Source: an uncultured delta proteobacterium
Lineage (GTDB): Bacteria; Desulfobacterota; Desulfuromonadia; Desulfuromonadales; JACZKF01
Length of the DNA: 64,000 bases
Assembly: GCA_963816395.1 (NCBI GenBank)
Contig: CAWFKQ010000001.1
Coordinates: 48,636-112,635 of the forward strand
Direction of reading: 5' to 3'
Part shown: in pieces, positions 53,227 through 62,764 of the stretch
How positions within the stretch are numbered: position 1 is the stretch's first letter
Layout of the letters: each line of letters starts with the position of its first letter
Position numbers and translations under genes: made by a program
Notes under the pieces: model-generated
The model's input: only the letters and a program-made list of their open reading frames with translations
Told to the model about the DNA's origin: nothing
The model's database searches: none

Positions 53227-54719
53227 GTCCGCTCGTGCCGCCCCTGGCGGTGCCGCTGGCGACGGCTGCGGCCTGCCTGCTGGCCTGGCGACGGCCGCTC
53301 CTGCAGCGCCGGCTCAGCCTGGCCGGGGCCGCCGCCCTCGCCGGCTCTGGGGGGTGGTTGCTGGTCCGGGTCTGCGGCAGCGGCATCGTCACCCTGCAGG
53401 TCGCCGGCTGGCCGGCTCCCTTCGGCATCACCCTGGTCGCCGACCGGTTCAGCGCTCTGCTTGTCGCCCTGACCGGGGTGACCGCTCTGGCGGTGGTGGC
53501 CCAGGCCCTGGTCGATATGGAAGAGGAGCAGGAGGGGATCGCCTTCCACCCGCTCCTGCACGTGCTGCTCCTCGGGACCAGCGGCGTCTTCGTGACCGGC
53601 GACGTCTTCAACCTCTACGTCTGGTTCGAAGTGACCCTGATCGCCTCCTTCGCGCTGCTGGCGGCCGGCGGCCGCCCGGCGCAGCTGACGGGGACGGTCA
53701 AGTACCTGGCCCTGAACCTTCTCGCCTCCACCCTGCTGCTGGCGGCGGTCGGTCTGCTCTATGCGGCGGCCGGGACGCTCAATCTGGCGCACCTGGCGCT
53801 CGTCCGCGATTCCGTGCCCCTGCTGCTGCCCGCCGGCCTCTTTCTCGCCGCGTTCGGCATCAAGGCGGCGCTTTTCCCCTTTTTCCCGTGGCTGCCGGCC
53901 GCCTATCCGATGCCGGCGCCGGCCGTTTCCGCCCTCTTCGCCGCCCTGCTGGCGAAGGTTGGCATCTATGCCCTGGTGCGCTTGTTCACCCTCATCTTCC
54001 TGCCGGTCGCGGCGGAATGGCAGTCGGTGCTGCTGATCGTGGCCGGGCTGACGATGCTGGCCGGAGGACTCGGGGCGGTGGGGCAGGGGGAGTTGCGGCA
54101 CCTGCTCTCCTTTCTGGTCATCGGCCACACCGGGGTGCTCCTCGTCGGCCTGGGACTCTTCACCCGGGGTGCCCTGGCCGGCACGATCTTTTTGACGGTC
54201 CACGTCATTCTGGTCAACGCCGCGCTCTTCCTGGTGGCCGGTATCATCCACCGGGAATCCGGCTCCTGCGTGCTGCGCGACCTGGGCGGGCTTTTCCTGC
54301 GCTCCCCGCGCACCACCATCCTTTTCCTGCTGCCGGCGCTTTCGCAGGCCGAGATTCCCCCCTTCCCCGGTTTCTGGGGGAAGATGATGCTGCTGCAAGC
54401 CGGTCTGGAGGAGCGTCATTTCGGGCTGATGGGGGTGCTGCTGTTGTTCAACCTGTTCACCCTCTATGCCCTGATCCGGGTCTGGGAGGAGGCCTTCTGG
54501 AAACGGGCGCCGGCGGCAAGTGCCGGCGGCAAAGCGCTCCCGGTCGATACGCCGATCCGCAGCCGTCTGCTCTTTTTCTCCCCCACCGCCGCTCTCGCCC
54601 TCCTCATCCTGCTGCTGGGGCTGGGTGCGCAGCCGCTGGCGGATTTCTCGCAGCAGGCGGCGGGGCAGCTGCGCGATTCCGGCGCCTACGTGCAGGCGGT
54701 CCTGGAGGCGAGCCGATGA
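53223..54719 (+). CDS. mrpD: Mrp subunit D
   Basis: GW.APFGITLVAD, DVFNLYVWFE, KAALFP..WLP..Y. Confidence 0.93.
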   Translation: MSPLVPPLAVPLATAAACLLAWRRPLLQRRLSLAGAAALAGSGGWLLVRVCGSGIVTLQVAGWPAPFGITLVADRFSALLVALTGVTALAVVAQALVDMEEEQEGIAFHPLLHVLLLGTSGVFVTGDVFNLYVWFEVTLIASFALLAAGGRPAQLTGTVKYLALNLLASTLLLAAVGLLYAAAGTLNLAHLALVRDSVPLLLPAGLFLAAFGIKAALFPFFPWLPAAYPMPAPAVSALFAALLAKVGIYALVRLFTLIFLPVAAEWQSVLLIVAGLTMLAGGLGAVGQGELRHLLSFLVIGHTGVLLVGLGLFTRGALAGTIFLTVHVILVNAALFLVAGIIHRESGSCVLRDLGGLFLRSPRTTILFLLPALSQAEIPPFPGFWGKMMLLQAGLEERHFGLMGVLLLFNLFTLYALIRVWEEAFWKRAPAASAGGKALPVDTPIRSRLLFFSPTAALALLILLLGLGAQPLADFSQQAAGQLRDSGAYVQAVLEASR

Positions 54720-55189
54720 AATTATTCCTCCTGCACCTGCTCCTGATCGCCGCCTGGGTCGCCCTGACCGGCGGCTATCGCCCGGCGGATTTCGGGATCG
54801 GCCTGATTCTGGGGCTGTTCGTCATCTGGCTGCTGTACCGGGGGGCGGAGGCGTCCCACTATCTCGAGCGGCTCGCGGGCATTCCCGGTTTTTTTCTCTT
54901 TTTCCTCTGGGAGCTGATCAAGGCGAACCTGCGGGTGGCCCGGGAGGCGCTGACCCCGGGCTCGAGCCTGCGGCCGGCGATTGTGGGGGTGCCTCTCGAC
55001 GTGCGCTCGGATCTGGAGATTACCGTGCTGGCGCTGCTGATCACCATCACCCCCGGCACCCTCAGTCTCGACCTCTCGGCGGACCGGCGGATCCTGTTCG
55101 TGCATGCCATGTACATGGACGATCCGGAGGAGTTCCGACGCTTCATCAAGGGGGGGCTGGAGCGGCGGGTCAGGCAGGTGTTCCGATGA
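54716..55189 (+). CDS. mrpE: Mrp subunit E
   Basis: ITITPGT; LFVHAM. Confidence 0.92.
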   Translation: MKLFLLHLLLIAAWVALTGGYRPADFGIGLILGLFVIWLLYRGAEASHYLERLAGIPGFFLFFLWELIKANLRVAREALTPGSSLRPAIVGVPLDVRSDLEITVLALLITITPGTLSLDLSADRRILFVHAMYMDDPEEFRRFIKGGLERRVRQVFR

Positions 55190-55452
55190 ATCCCTGGATC
55201 CTGCAGGTTGTCCTTCCGCTTCTCGGGCTCGCCGCCTGGCTGGCTTTTTTGCGGCTGCTGCGCGGTCCCACGCTCCCCGACCGGGTCATCGCCCTCGATT
55301 TTCTCGCCCTCATGGTAATCGCCGGCGTCGCCGCCTTCGCCATCGCTGCCGGCGAGGAGTCGTATCTTTACGTGGCGGTGGTCCTGGCGCTCATCACCTT
55401 CATCGGCACGGTTGCTTTTGCCTATTTCGTGCAGCGGGAGAGGTCCGAATGA
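55186..55452 (+). CDS. mrpF: Mrp subunit F
   Basis: RGPTLPDRVIALD; FIGTVAFA. Confidence 0.92.
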   Translation: MNPWILQVVLPLLGLAAWLAFLRLLRGPTLPDRVIALDFLALMVIAGVAAFAIAAGEESYLYVAVVLALITFIGTVAFAYFVQRERSE

Positions 55453-55805
55453 GAGCTGCCTTCGTTTATTTTTTTCTCGCCGTGGGGACCTTCTTTTCCG
55501 TCATGGGCGGAATCGGTCTTATGCGGTTTCCCGACTTCTACACCCGGCTCTCGGCCACCTCGAAGGCTTCCACCCTGGGGGCCGGCTCCCTCCTGGTGGC
55601 GGCCGCCATCCACTTTGGCGGCGCAGCCGTCATCGGGGTGGTGGTGGCGACCGTTTTCTTTCTCCTGCTGACCATGCCCGTCGCCGCCCACATCATCGCC
55701 CGCGCCGCCTATATCAAAAACGTGCCCCTGTGGGAGGGGACCGTCTGCGACGAGCGCGAGGAGCAATTGAAAGGGGAAGAGATGAAAAGCGGCGAGAAGC
55801 GATGA
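55449..55805 (+). CDS. mrpG: Mrp subunit G
   Basis: RFPDFYTRL, KASTLG, PVAAHIIARAAY. Confidence 0.92.
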   Translation: MRAAFVYFFLAVGTFFSVMGGIGLMRFPDFYTRLSATSKASTLGAGSLLVAAAIHFGGAAVIGVVVATVFFLLLTMPVAAHIIARAAYIKNVPLWEGTVCDEREEQLKGEEMKSGEKR

Positions 55806-55877
55806 TCAACAATGAAGAGCTGCGCGAGCATATCGCACGAGTTGGCAAGGTGTTCTATGAGCGGCAGCCGAAATCTG

Positions 55878-56733
55878 AAGCATAATCCTGCACATTGAAA
55901 TTCCGGCGCATCCTCTTCTGTTAACCTCCGTCCGGCGTCCCCCTGGGGGTATACGTGTTATGTTATTTTGCGTGAGCGAAGGGCGCCCCAGGGAGAGACC
56001 GCGCGCCCCGGCGCTTCGAGGATTTCGCGCGGGAGACGGCGCGGATGTGGGCGTGACAGCGAGCGGAGGTCTCGAAGGAGGACACCATGAAGAACCGAGG
56101 ATACCCCCGCTTCCGAAGTGCAGGGCTGCTGCTCTCCGCCATCTTGTTCATGGCTGCCGCGGCGGCTCTGTCTGCAGCGGCGCAGTCACGTCCTTCACAG
56201 GTCAAGGTTGAGCCGCAACTGGTGGAGCAAGGCAGGTATCTGGTCAAGATCGCGGGTTGCAATGACTGTCATACGCCGGGGTATGCCGAATCCGGAGGGC
56301 AAGTTCCGGAAACACAGTGGATCGTTGGCGACAAGCTGGGCTGGCGGGGTCCCTGGGGCACGACTTATCCGTCTAATCTACGGTTGTTTTTTCAAAATAC
56401 TTCAGAAGATGAATGGGTGCAGTTCGCCAGCAACACGCGAACCCGCCCGCCAATGCCCTGGTTTGCGCTCCGCGATATGAGCGAACGGGATCTGCGGGCG
56501 ATCTTTCAGTTTGCAAGAACCCTGGGCCCGGCCGGCCAAGCCGCGCCGGCCTATCTACCCGCGGAAAAAGTTCCACCCCCGCCGTACGTACAATTTCCGA
56601 TGCCAGCACCATGAAATCGTCCGCCGCCGCCTCTGGATGCCGCTGGGGGGCGCCCGATATCAGGGTGACGGCGCTTTGCTCAAAGCATAATCCGCCGCAT
56701 TGAAATTCCGGCGCATCCACCTCTGCTAACCTC
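55878..56733. repeat. 51-bp direct repeats (55878-55928, 56683-56733) flanking the cytochrome c gene
   Basis: 45/51 identical; shared core CATTGAAATTCCGGCGCATCC. Confidence 0.85.
56087..56614 (+). CDS. monoheme periplasmic cytochrome c
   Basis: Signal peptide; CNDCH; PPMPW; RBS AGGAGG. Confidence 0.9.
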   Translation: MKNRGYPRFRSAGLLLSAILFMAAAAALSAAAQSRPSQVKVEPQLVEQGRYLVKIAGCNDCHTPGYAESGGQVPETQWIVGDKLGWRGPWGTTYPSNLRLFFQNTSEDEWVQFASNTRTRPPMPWFALRDMSERDLRAIFQFARTLGPAGQAAPAYLPAEKVPPPPYVQFPMPAP

Positions 56734-56831
56734 TGCCCGGCGGCCGCATATCAAAAGCATTGCACACCCGCCGCGCATCGGCTATCCTGCCCGCCTTCCC
56801 CCTGACAGGCACGCCCCTGCTGCGAACGATC

Positions 56832-57800
56832 ATGACCGCTCCCCCGACCACCAGCCTCCCCTGGAAGCCCGGCACGACGCCGCTGATGCTGGCGCCGATG
56901 CAGGGGGTGACCAACCGCGCCGTGCGTGCCTACTTCATCGACGCGGTCCGCCCCGACGTCGTTTTCACCGAGTTCGTGCGCGTCGCCGGCCGCCCCCGCA
57001 AGCGCGTCGCCCGCAGCGACCTGCGCGAGATCGCCGCCGGCGACGAGGTGCCGCTGGTGGTGCAGCTGATCGGCAACAGCCGCACGGCGCTGGTCGAAGC
57101 GGCCCAGGTTGCCGCTGCTGCCGGCGCCCGCCATCTCAACCTCAATCTCGGCTGCCCCTACGGTCGCATGACCACCGGCCTGACCGGCGGGGCGCTGCTG
57201 CAGCATCCCGCCCTGCTTGCCGAACTGATCCCGGCGCTGCGCGATGCCTGCCCGGGCAGCTTCTCGCTCAAGCTGCGCGCCGGCTACGACAACCACGACG
57301 ACGCCCTCGCCCTGCTCCCCCTCTGCGAAGCGGCCGGGGTCGATTTTCTCATCCTCCATCCGCGCACCGTGCTGCAGGAGTACCGTGGCCAGGCCGACCA
57401 CGCCGTCACCGCCGCCATGGTGCGCGCGACCCGGCTGCCGGTGATCGCCAACGGCGACCTGCGCAGCGCCGCGCAGGGAAGACAACTGCTCGAGGAGTCC
57501 GGCGCCGCCGGGCTGATGCTCGGCCGCGGCGCCCTGGCCGACCCGCTCCTGTTCGCGCGCCTGCGCGGCGCCGCCCCGGAGGCGGCGAGCCGGGCAGAGC
57601 GTCTGACGCAGCTGCGCGGCGCCATCGAGGCTATCCTGGCCCGCTATCATGACCTCTTCTGCGGCGAGGTCCAGGTGCTCTCCAAGCTGAAAGGGGTGCT
57701 GGTGACGATGGACGACCCGCTCTTTCATGCCGAACTGCTGCCGCTGCGCCGGGCTAAGACACTTCCCGCCTTCCGCAAGCTCCTTGCCGAGATCGGCTGA
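56832..57800 (+). CDS. tRNA-dihydrouridine synthase family protein
   Basis: LAPMQG, NLNLGCP, HPRT, IANGD, MLGRG. Confidence 0.9.
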   Translation: MTAPPTTSLPWKPGTTPLMLAPMQGVTNRAVRAYFIDAVRPDVVFTEFVRVAGRPRKRVARSDLREIAAGDEVPLVVQLIGNSRTALVEAAQVAAAAGARHLNLNLGCPYGRMTTGLTGGALLQHPALLAELIPALRDACPGSFSLKLRAGYDNHDDALALLPLCEAAGVDFLILHPRTVLQEYRGQADHAVTAAMVRATRLPVIANGDLRSAAQGRQLLEESGAAGLMLGRGALADPLLFARLRGAAPEAASRAERLTQLRGAIEAILARYHDLFCGEVQVLSKLKGVLVTMDDPLFHAELLPLRRAKTLPAFRKLLAEIG

Positions 57801-57826
57801 TTCTCCAGCGGCAAACCGAGAATCCT

Positions 57827-57926
57827 TTTCACCACCCGTTCGCTCCGCTCACTAGAGCCACAGGGAAAACGGAGAAAAGACTCTTTCCCTTGAATTTCAG
57901 TGTGTCCTCCGTGCGCTGTGGTGAAA
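57827..57926. repeat. REP-like inverted repeat between convergent dus and GNAT genes
   Basis: TTTCACCAC ... GTGGTGAAA ends; inner ACGGAG / CTCCGT. Confidence 0.6.
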
Positions 57927-57950
57927 TCCCCTGATTTGAGTAGGGGCTGA

Positions 57951-58469
57951 TCAACTGCGCCGCTTCTTGCTTTTGGCGACGGGTGGCTGGGCCGCCGGTT
58001 TAAACTCCGGTTCATAGCCGACAATGAAGCTGGTCGTGGCGTTGTTCCGCAGGCTCAGGAAGTGCGCATTATTATGATCGAAAGGGCAGATGGGCAGACG
58101 GCATGGCGCAAAGCCGAACCTCTTGTAGTAGCCGGGTTGGCCCAGGACAAACAGGGTCTGGCTTTTGATCGCCTCCTGTCGCAAGGCAAATTTGAGCAGC
58201 TCCGAGCCCACCCCCTGCTTTTGAAATTCGGGTGAGACGGCCATCGGCGCCAGGTGCAGCCCGCAGACCTCTTTGCCGTGGTAGGCAGGGGAAAAGGCGA
58301 TGTAGGCGATAGCCTTGTTGGTGTGAAGGCAAACCCATTCGTGCAGGGGTTTGTCGTTTTCGTGGAATTTCCGAACCAGCTCGGCTTCGTAGTCACTGCC
58401 GCGGAAGGCGCGGCGCAACAGGGCGTAGACCTTGGCGCGGGTTTCTTCCGTGACCTTCTGTATTTTCAT
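57951..58469 (-). CDS. GNAT acetyltransferase (YhbS-like)
   Basis: LAPMAVSPEFQKQGVG; VLGQPGYYKRFGF. Confidence 0.9.
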   Translation of the reverse strand: MKIQKVTEETRAKVYALLRRAFRGSDYEAELVRKFHENDKPLHEWVCLHTNKAIAYIAFSPAYHGKEVCGLHLAPMAVSPEFQKQGVGSELLKFALRQEAIKSQTLFVLGQPGYYKRFGFAPCRLPICPFDHNNAHFLSLRNNATTSFIVGYEPEFKPAAQPPVAKSKKRRS

Positions 58470-58504
58470 CCGAATCCCCCGTTCTTCTGTGATCGCCCAC
58501 GGAG

Positions 58505-59221
58505 TCAGATCAGCGCCGGCCGCCCCGTTTTTCCCAGCAGCCTGACAAAATGTTCCGGAACCTCGGCCTCGAAAGTCATCCGCCGGCCGTCAAGCGGGTG
58601 CGGAAAGGAGATCGACCGTGCGTGCAGCGCCAGGCGCGGATGGCTGGTCTTTTCTCCCCCGTACTTCCGGTCCCCCACTACCGGGTGGCCGATCCCGGCG
58701 AAATGGACCCGGATCTGGTTCTTCCGGCCGGTCAGCAGATCGATTTCCACCAGGCTGAATCCCTTCGCTTCCCTGAGCACCCTGTAGGCGGTATGAGAGA
58801 GCTTCCCCTGTTGCGGGTCGGTGGTGGAATAGACATTATGGGCGCTGTTTTCCGCCAGGTAGGTGCTGATCGTCCCTTCCTTCCGGGCCAGGTGCCCATG
58901 CACGATGGCCAGATACTTCTTCTCCGTGACATCCCACTGTCCCTGCAGGATCGCTTTCGCCGCTTCGGTTTTGGCGAACAGGAGGACGCCGGAGGTGTCC
59001 CGGTCGAGGCGATGGACGATGAACACCCGGTTTCGCGACTTCGGATTGCCCCTGCGGACGTAATCGGTGGTCAGGCAATAGGCGGTCCGGGTCTTGTCCC
59101 GCTCCGTCCCCATGGTGAGCAGTCCGGAGGGTTTATCCACGACGAGAATATCCCGGTCCTCGTAGAGGAACTTCAGGCCGCCCGGCCGGTGCCGGCCGAA
59201 GGAGGGGTTGGGTGTAGTCAT
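58505..59221 (-). CDS. RluA family pseudouridine synthase
   Basis: DKPSG, HRLDRDTSG, TGRKNQIRVH, GDRKYG, LHA. Confidence 0.93.
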   Translation of the reverse strand: MTTPNPSFGRHRPGGLKFLYEDRDILVVDKPSGLLTMGTERDKTRTAYCLTTDYVRRGNPKSRNRVFIVHRLDRDTSGVLLFAKTEAAKAILQGQWDVTEKKYLAIVHGHLARKEGTISTYLAENSAHNVYSTTDPQQGKLSHTAYRVLREAKGFSLVEIDLLTGRKNQIRVHFAGIGHPVVGDRKYGGEKTSHPRLALHARSISFPHPLDGRRMTFEAEVPEHFVRLLGKTGRPALI

Positions 59222-59402
59222 GCGCTGAACTTTCCCGGTGGTGGAGCGGGGTGGGTGAAGGTGCCGGTGCGAGGATACCTGGAAAGCGGGAAGGAAGCCA
59301 AGTGGTAAAGGGACGGCGATAAAAACAGTTCTCCAGCCCCCAGGCGTGGTATGGTGTGCCATTCATTTTGTGCGGGCACACATCATCTTACGAGGTAACG
59401 CC

Positions 59403-59510
59403 ATGAGCAAGGGCAAGGACACCAAGAAAGAGGACAAGAAGCCGGCGGCCAAAACCATGAAGGAAAAAAAGGCCGAAAAAAAGATCAAAAAGGATGAAAA
59501 GAAGAGATAA
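59403..59510 (+). CDS. 35-aa Lys-rich small protein (below the ORF track cutoff)
   Basis: RBS GAGG; MSKGKDTKKEDKKPAAKTMKEKKAEKKIKKDEKKR*; hairpin immediately after (~59517-59547). Confidence 0.7.
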   Translation: MSKGKDTKKEDKKPAAKTMKEKKAEKKIKKDEKKR

Positions 59511-59591
59511 ATTCAAGCGGCCTGAAATCGGTTTGATTTCAGGCCGCGTTCACGGCAGGCGCTGACCTGCGTGGAACTGCCAGGGTGATGC

Positions 59592-59840
59592 ATGTCGCGG
59601 GAGAAAGCAGCCGACCATCAGGAGGACGGGGTAGAGGTCCCAGGCGATCGGATCCATCCGGAGACGTTGCGGAACCTGATCCGGGAGTTTGTGACGAGAG
59701 ATGGCTCGGACTGGAGCGATTCCGCCGGCACTCTGGAGGATAAGGTCGAACAGGTTCTGCAACAAATGCGGGACAAGAAAGTCAAAATCGTTTTTGACCT
59801 GACGTCACAAACCGCCAATATCGTCGTCGCCGGCCGCTGA
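59592..59840 (+). CDS. YheU (UPF0270) family protein
   Basis: ETLRNLIREFVTRDGSD; KIVFD. Confidence 0.85.
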   Translation: MSREKAADHQEDGVEVPGDRIHPETLRNLIREFVTRDGSDWSDSAGTLEDKVEQVLQQMRDKKVKIVFDLTSQTANIVVAGR

Positions 59841-60038
59841 GGGTTTTCACCCTTCCCCTCAGCACTCCCCCCGCGTGTTCCCAAATAGCCCGCCAAGTCC
59901 CTCCCAGAAAAATCGATTTCTCCGGCTGAACAAAATGTCCAGACACGAGGCGCTGGAATCCTGAGTGGGTAGGGGCGCTGCCTGTTGCGCGCCTTGGGCG
60001 GTGTGAAAACGGGGTGAGGCGGAAGATTTTACGGCCCG

Positions 60039-60770
60039 TCAGTCAGCAGTATCGATCAACAGCTTGAAGCCGGGGATTTCCGCCGCGGCGGCTGGGCGCT
60101 CCAGGGCATAGGTCATGTTCATGCGGGCGACCTGGACGTGTTCCTCCGCCAGCGCCTGGGCGCGCGTACCTTCCCGGTTTTCCATGGCCTGCACCAGGCT
60201 GTGATGCTGCCTGTGGGTATGGCGCAGCCATTCGTGTCCCTCTTCGCTGGAAGCCTGCTGCATCGGCAGCGTTGCACTCGGTGCCGCGAAGGGCAGGCGA
60301 TTGTTGAGGTCGACGGCGCGCGCGAGGGCGGCATTGCCGGCGCCTTCGATCACCAGTTGATGAAAGCGGTCGTTCATCTCGATATAGCCGGCGCAGTCGT
60401 CATAGTCGAGGCCGCGCTTGTTCAGCACCCGGTCCCCCTCCTGCAGGCAATCCTGAAATCGCAGCAGCAGCCGCCGACCCATTCCGCGCTCGGCGACCAG
60501 GCGGGCGGCCATCCCCTCGAGATGTCCGCGCACCGCTATCGCATCGGCGATCTCCTGCGCAGTAAAGCGCCTTATCAGATATCCCCCGGTCGGCGAGGGC
60601 TCGACCAACCCCTCCTGCTCCAAAGCCGTAAACGCCAGGCGCACCGGCGTCCGCGAGGCGCCAAGTTTCTGCGAGATCGGTATCTCGGCGAGTCTCTCGC
60701 CCGGAGCGAATTCTCCCTTGAGGATCAAGTCCCTGAGTTGCACCAGAACCCGTGCCTGTTGCGATGCCAC
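60039..60770 (-). CDS. GntR/FCD transcriptional regulator (VanR-like)
   Basis: PGERLAE...LGASRTPVR; NDRFH; EEH. Confidence 0.92.
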   Translation of the reverse strand: MASQQARVLVQLRDLILKGEFAPGERLAEIPISQKLGASRTPVRLAFTALEQEGLVEPSPTGGYLIRRFTAQEIADAIAVRGHLEGMAARLVAERGMGRRLLLRFQDCLQEGDRVLNKRGLDYDDCAGYIEMNDRFHQLVIEGAGNAALARAVDLNNRLPFAAPSATLPMQQASSEEGHEWLRHTHRQHHSLVQAMENREGTRAQALAEEHVQVARMNMTYALERPAAAAEIPGFKLLIDTAD

Positions 60771-60847
60771 CTTTTGCCTCCAGATATGCCAGTGTCGGAT
60801 ATAGCCTGAGTCTTTTGCCTTGGGAATATATCAGATCCCAGGATCCT

Positions 60848-61093
60848 TTGCATACAATAAATTTTTTCTGCATACAGCGGCTTATCTTCCTTTTTTAACC
60901 GGAAAAAATCATAACGATGTTTGTATTTCCTGAATCTGGCAATATAAATAAATAAGCTACTAAAACGAAGGTTTAGACTCTTGACCGGCTCCGGGGGCGA
61001 AGCGGCCTATGCCGGGAAAGGCAACTATTCGGAAATAATGTTTGACAACTTCCCATTTTTGACAGTAGCATTCGTCCACAATTGCATGCAATT
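60848..61093. promoter_or_regulatory. candidate GntR operators
   Basis: TTGCATACAA (60848-57), CTGCATACAG (60868-77), perfect palindrome AATTGCATGCAATT (61080-93). Confidence 0.55.
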
Positions 61094-61119
61094 TCACCCG
61101 GCCTCGCGTGGCATGCTGA

Positions 61120-62139
61120 ATGGAGATAGAGATGATCCCGTACGATTTCGACTATGAGCGCCCGGGCACGCTGGAGGAAGCCGCGGCTCTGCTGCGCCGC
61201 TCCGGCGCCGACGCCCGGCTGCTGGCGGGGGGCACGGATCTGCTGCCCAACATGCGGGTGCGGACTCTGCAGCCCGCCTTGCTGGTCAGCCTGGGGCGTA
61301 TCGAATCGACTCCGCCGCAGGCCGGGCCGGACGGTTCGATCCGGATCGATGCCCTGAGCCGCCTGGCCGATCTGGAGCGTTCGGACCTGGTCCGTCACGA
61401 GATCCCCATGCTGGCCGAGAGCGCCCATGCGGTCGGCGGCAACCAGATCCGGCAGATGGGGACGCTGGGCGGCAACCTGGGGCAGGAGACCCGTTGCCTG
61501 TACCTGAACCAGGCGCACGACTATCAGTTCGCCGCTCCCTGCTACAAGCGCGGCGGCGACTGCTGCTATCCCTATCCGGGCAACGGGAAGGACACCTGCT
61601 GGTCGGTCTACATGTCCGATATCGCGCCCGCCTTGATCGCCCTTGACGCGGAAATAGAAATTCTCGGTGAGGCCGGCCGCCGCCGTATTCCGGCGGCGAC
61701 GCTCTTCAGCGGCAACGCCTTGCAGCCGCTGACCCTCGCCCCGGCGGAGATCATCCGCGCGGTGGTGGTGCCGCCGAACCGGCCGGGTTTCGGCTGGGGG
61801 TATCACAAATCGACCATCCGGGGCGGGCTGGAATTCGCCATGGTCAACCTGGCGGTGGTGCTGCACCTGGAAGCTGATGGGCAAACCTGCGCCGCGGCGC
61901 GGATTGTCGTGGGCGCCGTTGCCGAGGGGCCGGTGCAGGCTTCGGCTGCGGCTCAGGCGCTGGTCGGTCAGGTTCTGGACGGGCCTCGGCTGGCGCAGGC
62001 GGCGGATGCGGCCAGCCAGGAGATCAGCCCGCTTCCCCACCACGGATTTACCCGGAGCTACCTGCGAGAAAACATCCGGGTGCACCTGCGGCGCACCCTC
62101 GCCGCGGCCCTCCAGCGCGCCGGCGGGGCCAGCGCCTGA
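61120..62139 (+). CDS. xanthine-oxidase-family FAD subunit with Cys-rich insert (HcrB-like)
   Basis: LAGGTDL, QIRQMGTLGGNL; RC...CYKRGGDCC...CW insert. Confidence 0.85.
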   Translation: MEIEMIPYDFDYERPGTLEEAAALLRRSGADARLLAGGTDLLPNMRVRTLQPALLVSLGRIESTPPQAGPDGSIRIDALSRLADLERSDLVRHEIPMLAESAHAVGGNQIRQMGTLGGNLGQETRCLYLNQAHDYQFAAPCYKRGGDCCYPYPGNGKDTCWSVYMSDIAPALIALDAEIEILGEAGRRRIPAATLFSGNALQPLTLAPAEIIRAVVVPPNRPGFGWGYHKSTIRGGLEFAMVNLAVVLHLEADGQTCAAARIVVGAVAEGPVQASAAAQALVGQVLDGPRLAQAADAASQEISPLPHHGFTRSYLRENIRVHLRRTLAAALQRAGGASA

Positions 62140-62203
62140 CGCATCGATGCCGGTACCGGGACGCGGCAGCGGCCGGGCCGAGATTCAACAGGAGAGAATC
62201 CAG

Positions 62204-62752
62204 ATGAACACTTTCGAGGCGAACCAATACCGTGCGAAGGTCCTCCCTGCCGCCCCCGGGGTGAAGGCGCCAACGCGAATCGTCACCTTGACCATCAACG
62301 GCGAGCGGCACGAGGTCAGCGTCCGGCCCAGGCATACGCTGCTCGAGGTGATCCGGGAGAAGATCGGCTTGACCGGCACCAAGGGGAGTTGTCAGGCGGG
62401 CACCTGCGGCGCCTGCACCGTCCTGCTCTCCGGACGCCCCATACTGGCCTGCATCACCCTCGCCGTGGAATGCGACGGCAAGGAGATCCGCACTGTGGAG
62501 GATCTGGCCCGGGGGGGCAAGCTCAGCGTCCTCCAGGAGGCGTTCCTCGACCAGGGAGCGGTGCAGTGCGGTTTCTGCACGCCGGGGATGCTGATGTCGG
62601 CCACCGCCCTGCTGGAGCGCAACGCCAAGCCGTCGCTGCCGGAGATCAGGAAGGCGCTGGAAGGAAACCTCTGCCGGTGCACCGGCTACAACGCCATTGT
62701 CGACGCCGTTCTGCAGGCTTCGGGCCAGGGCGTGGCGCCCGTCATGAAATAG
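62204..62752 (+). CDS. 2x[2Fe-2S] subunit (HcrC/CoxS-like)
   Basis: C..G.CGAC; QCGFCTPG; GNLCRCTGY. Confidence 0.93.
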   Translation: MNTFEANQYRAKVLPAAPGVKAPTRIVTLTINGERHEVSVRPRHTLLEVIREKIGLTGTKGSCQAGTCGACTVLLSGRPILACITLAVECDGKEIRTVEDLARGGKLSVLQEAFLDQGAVQCGFCTPGMLMSATALLERNAKPSLPEIRKALEGNLCRCTGYNAIVDAVLQASGQGVAPVMK

Positions 62753-62764
62753 CGAGGAAGAGCC

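Noticed and set aside
55802..55885. 27-codon ORF coupled to the mrpG stop
   Set aside because: Could be a gene remnant ending in the direct repeat, but too short to support.
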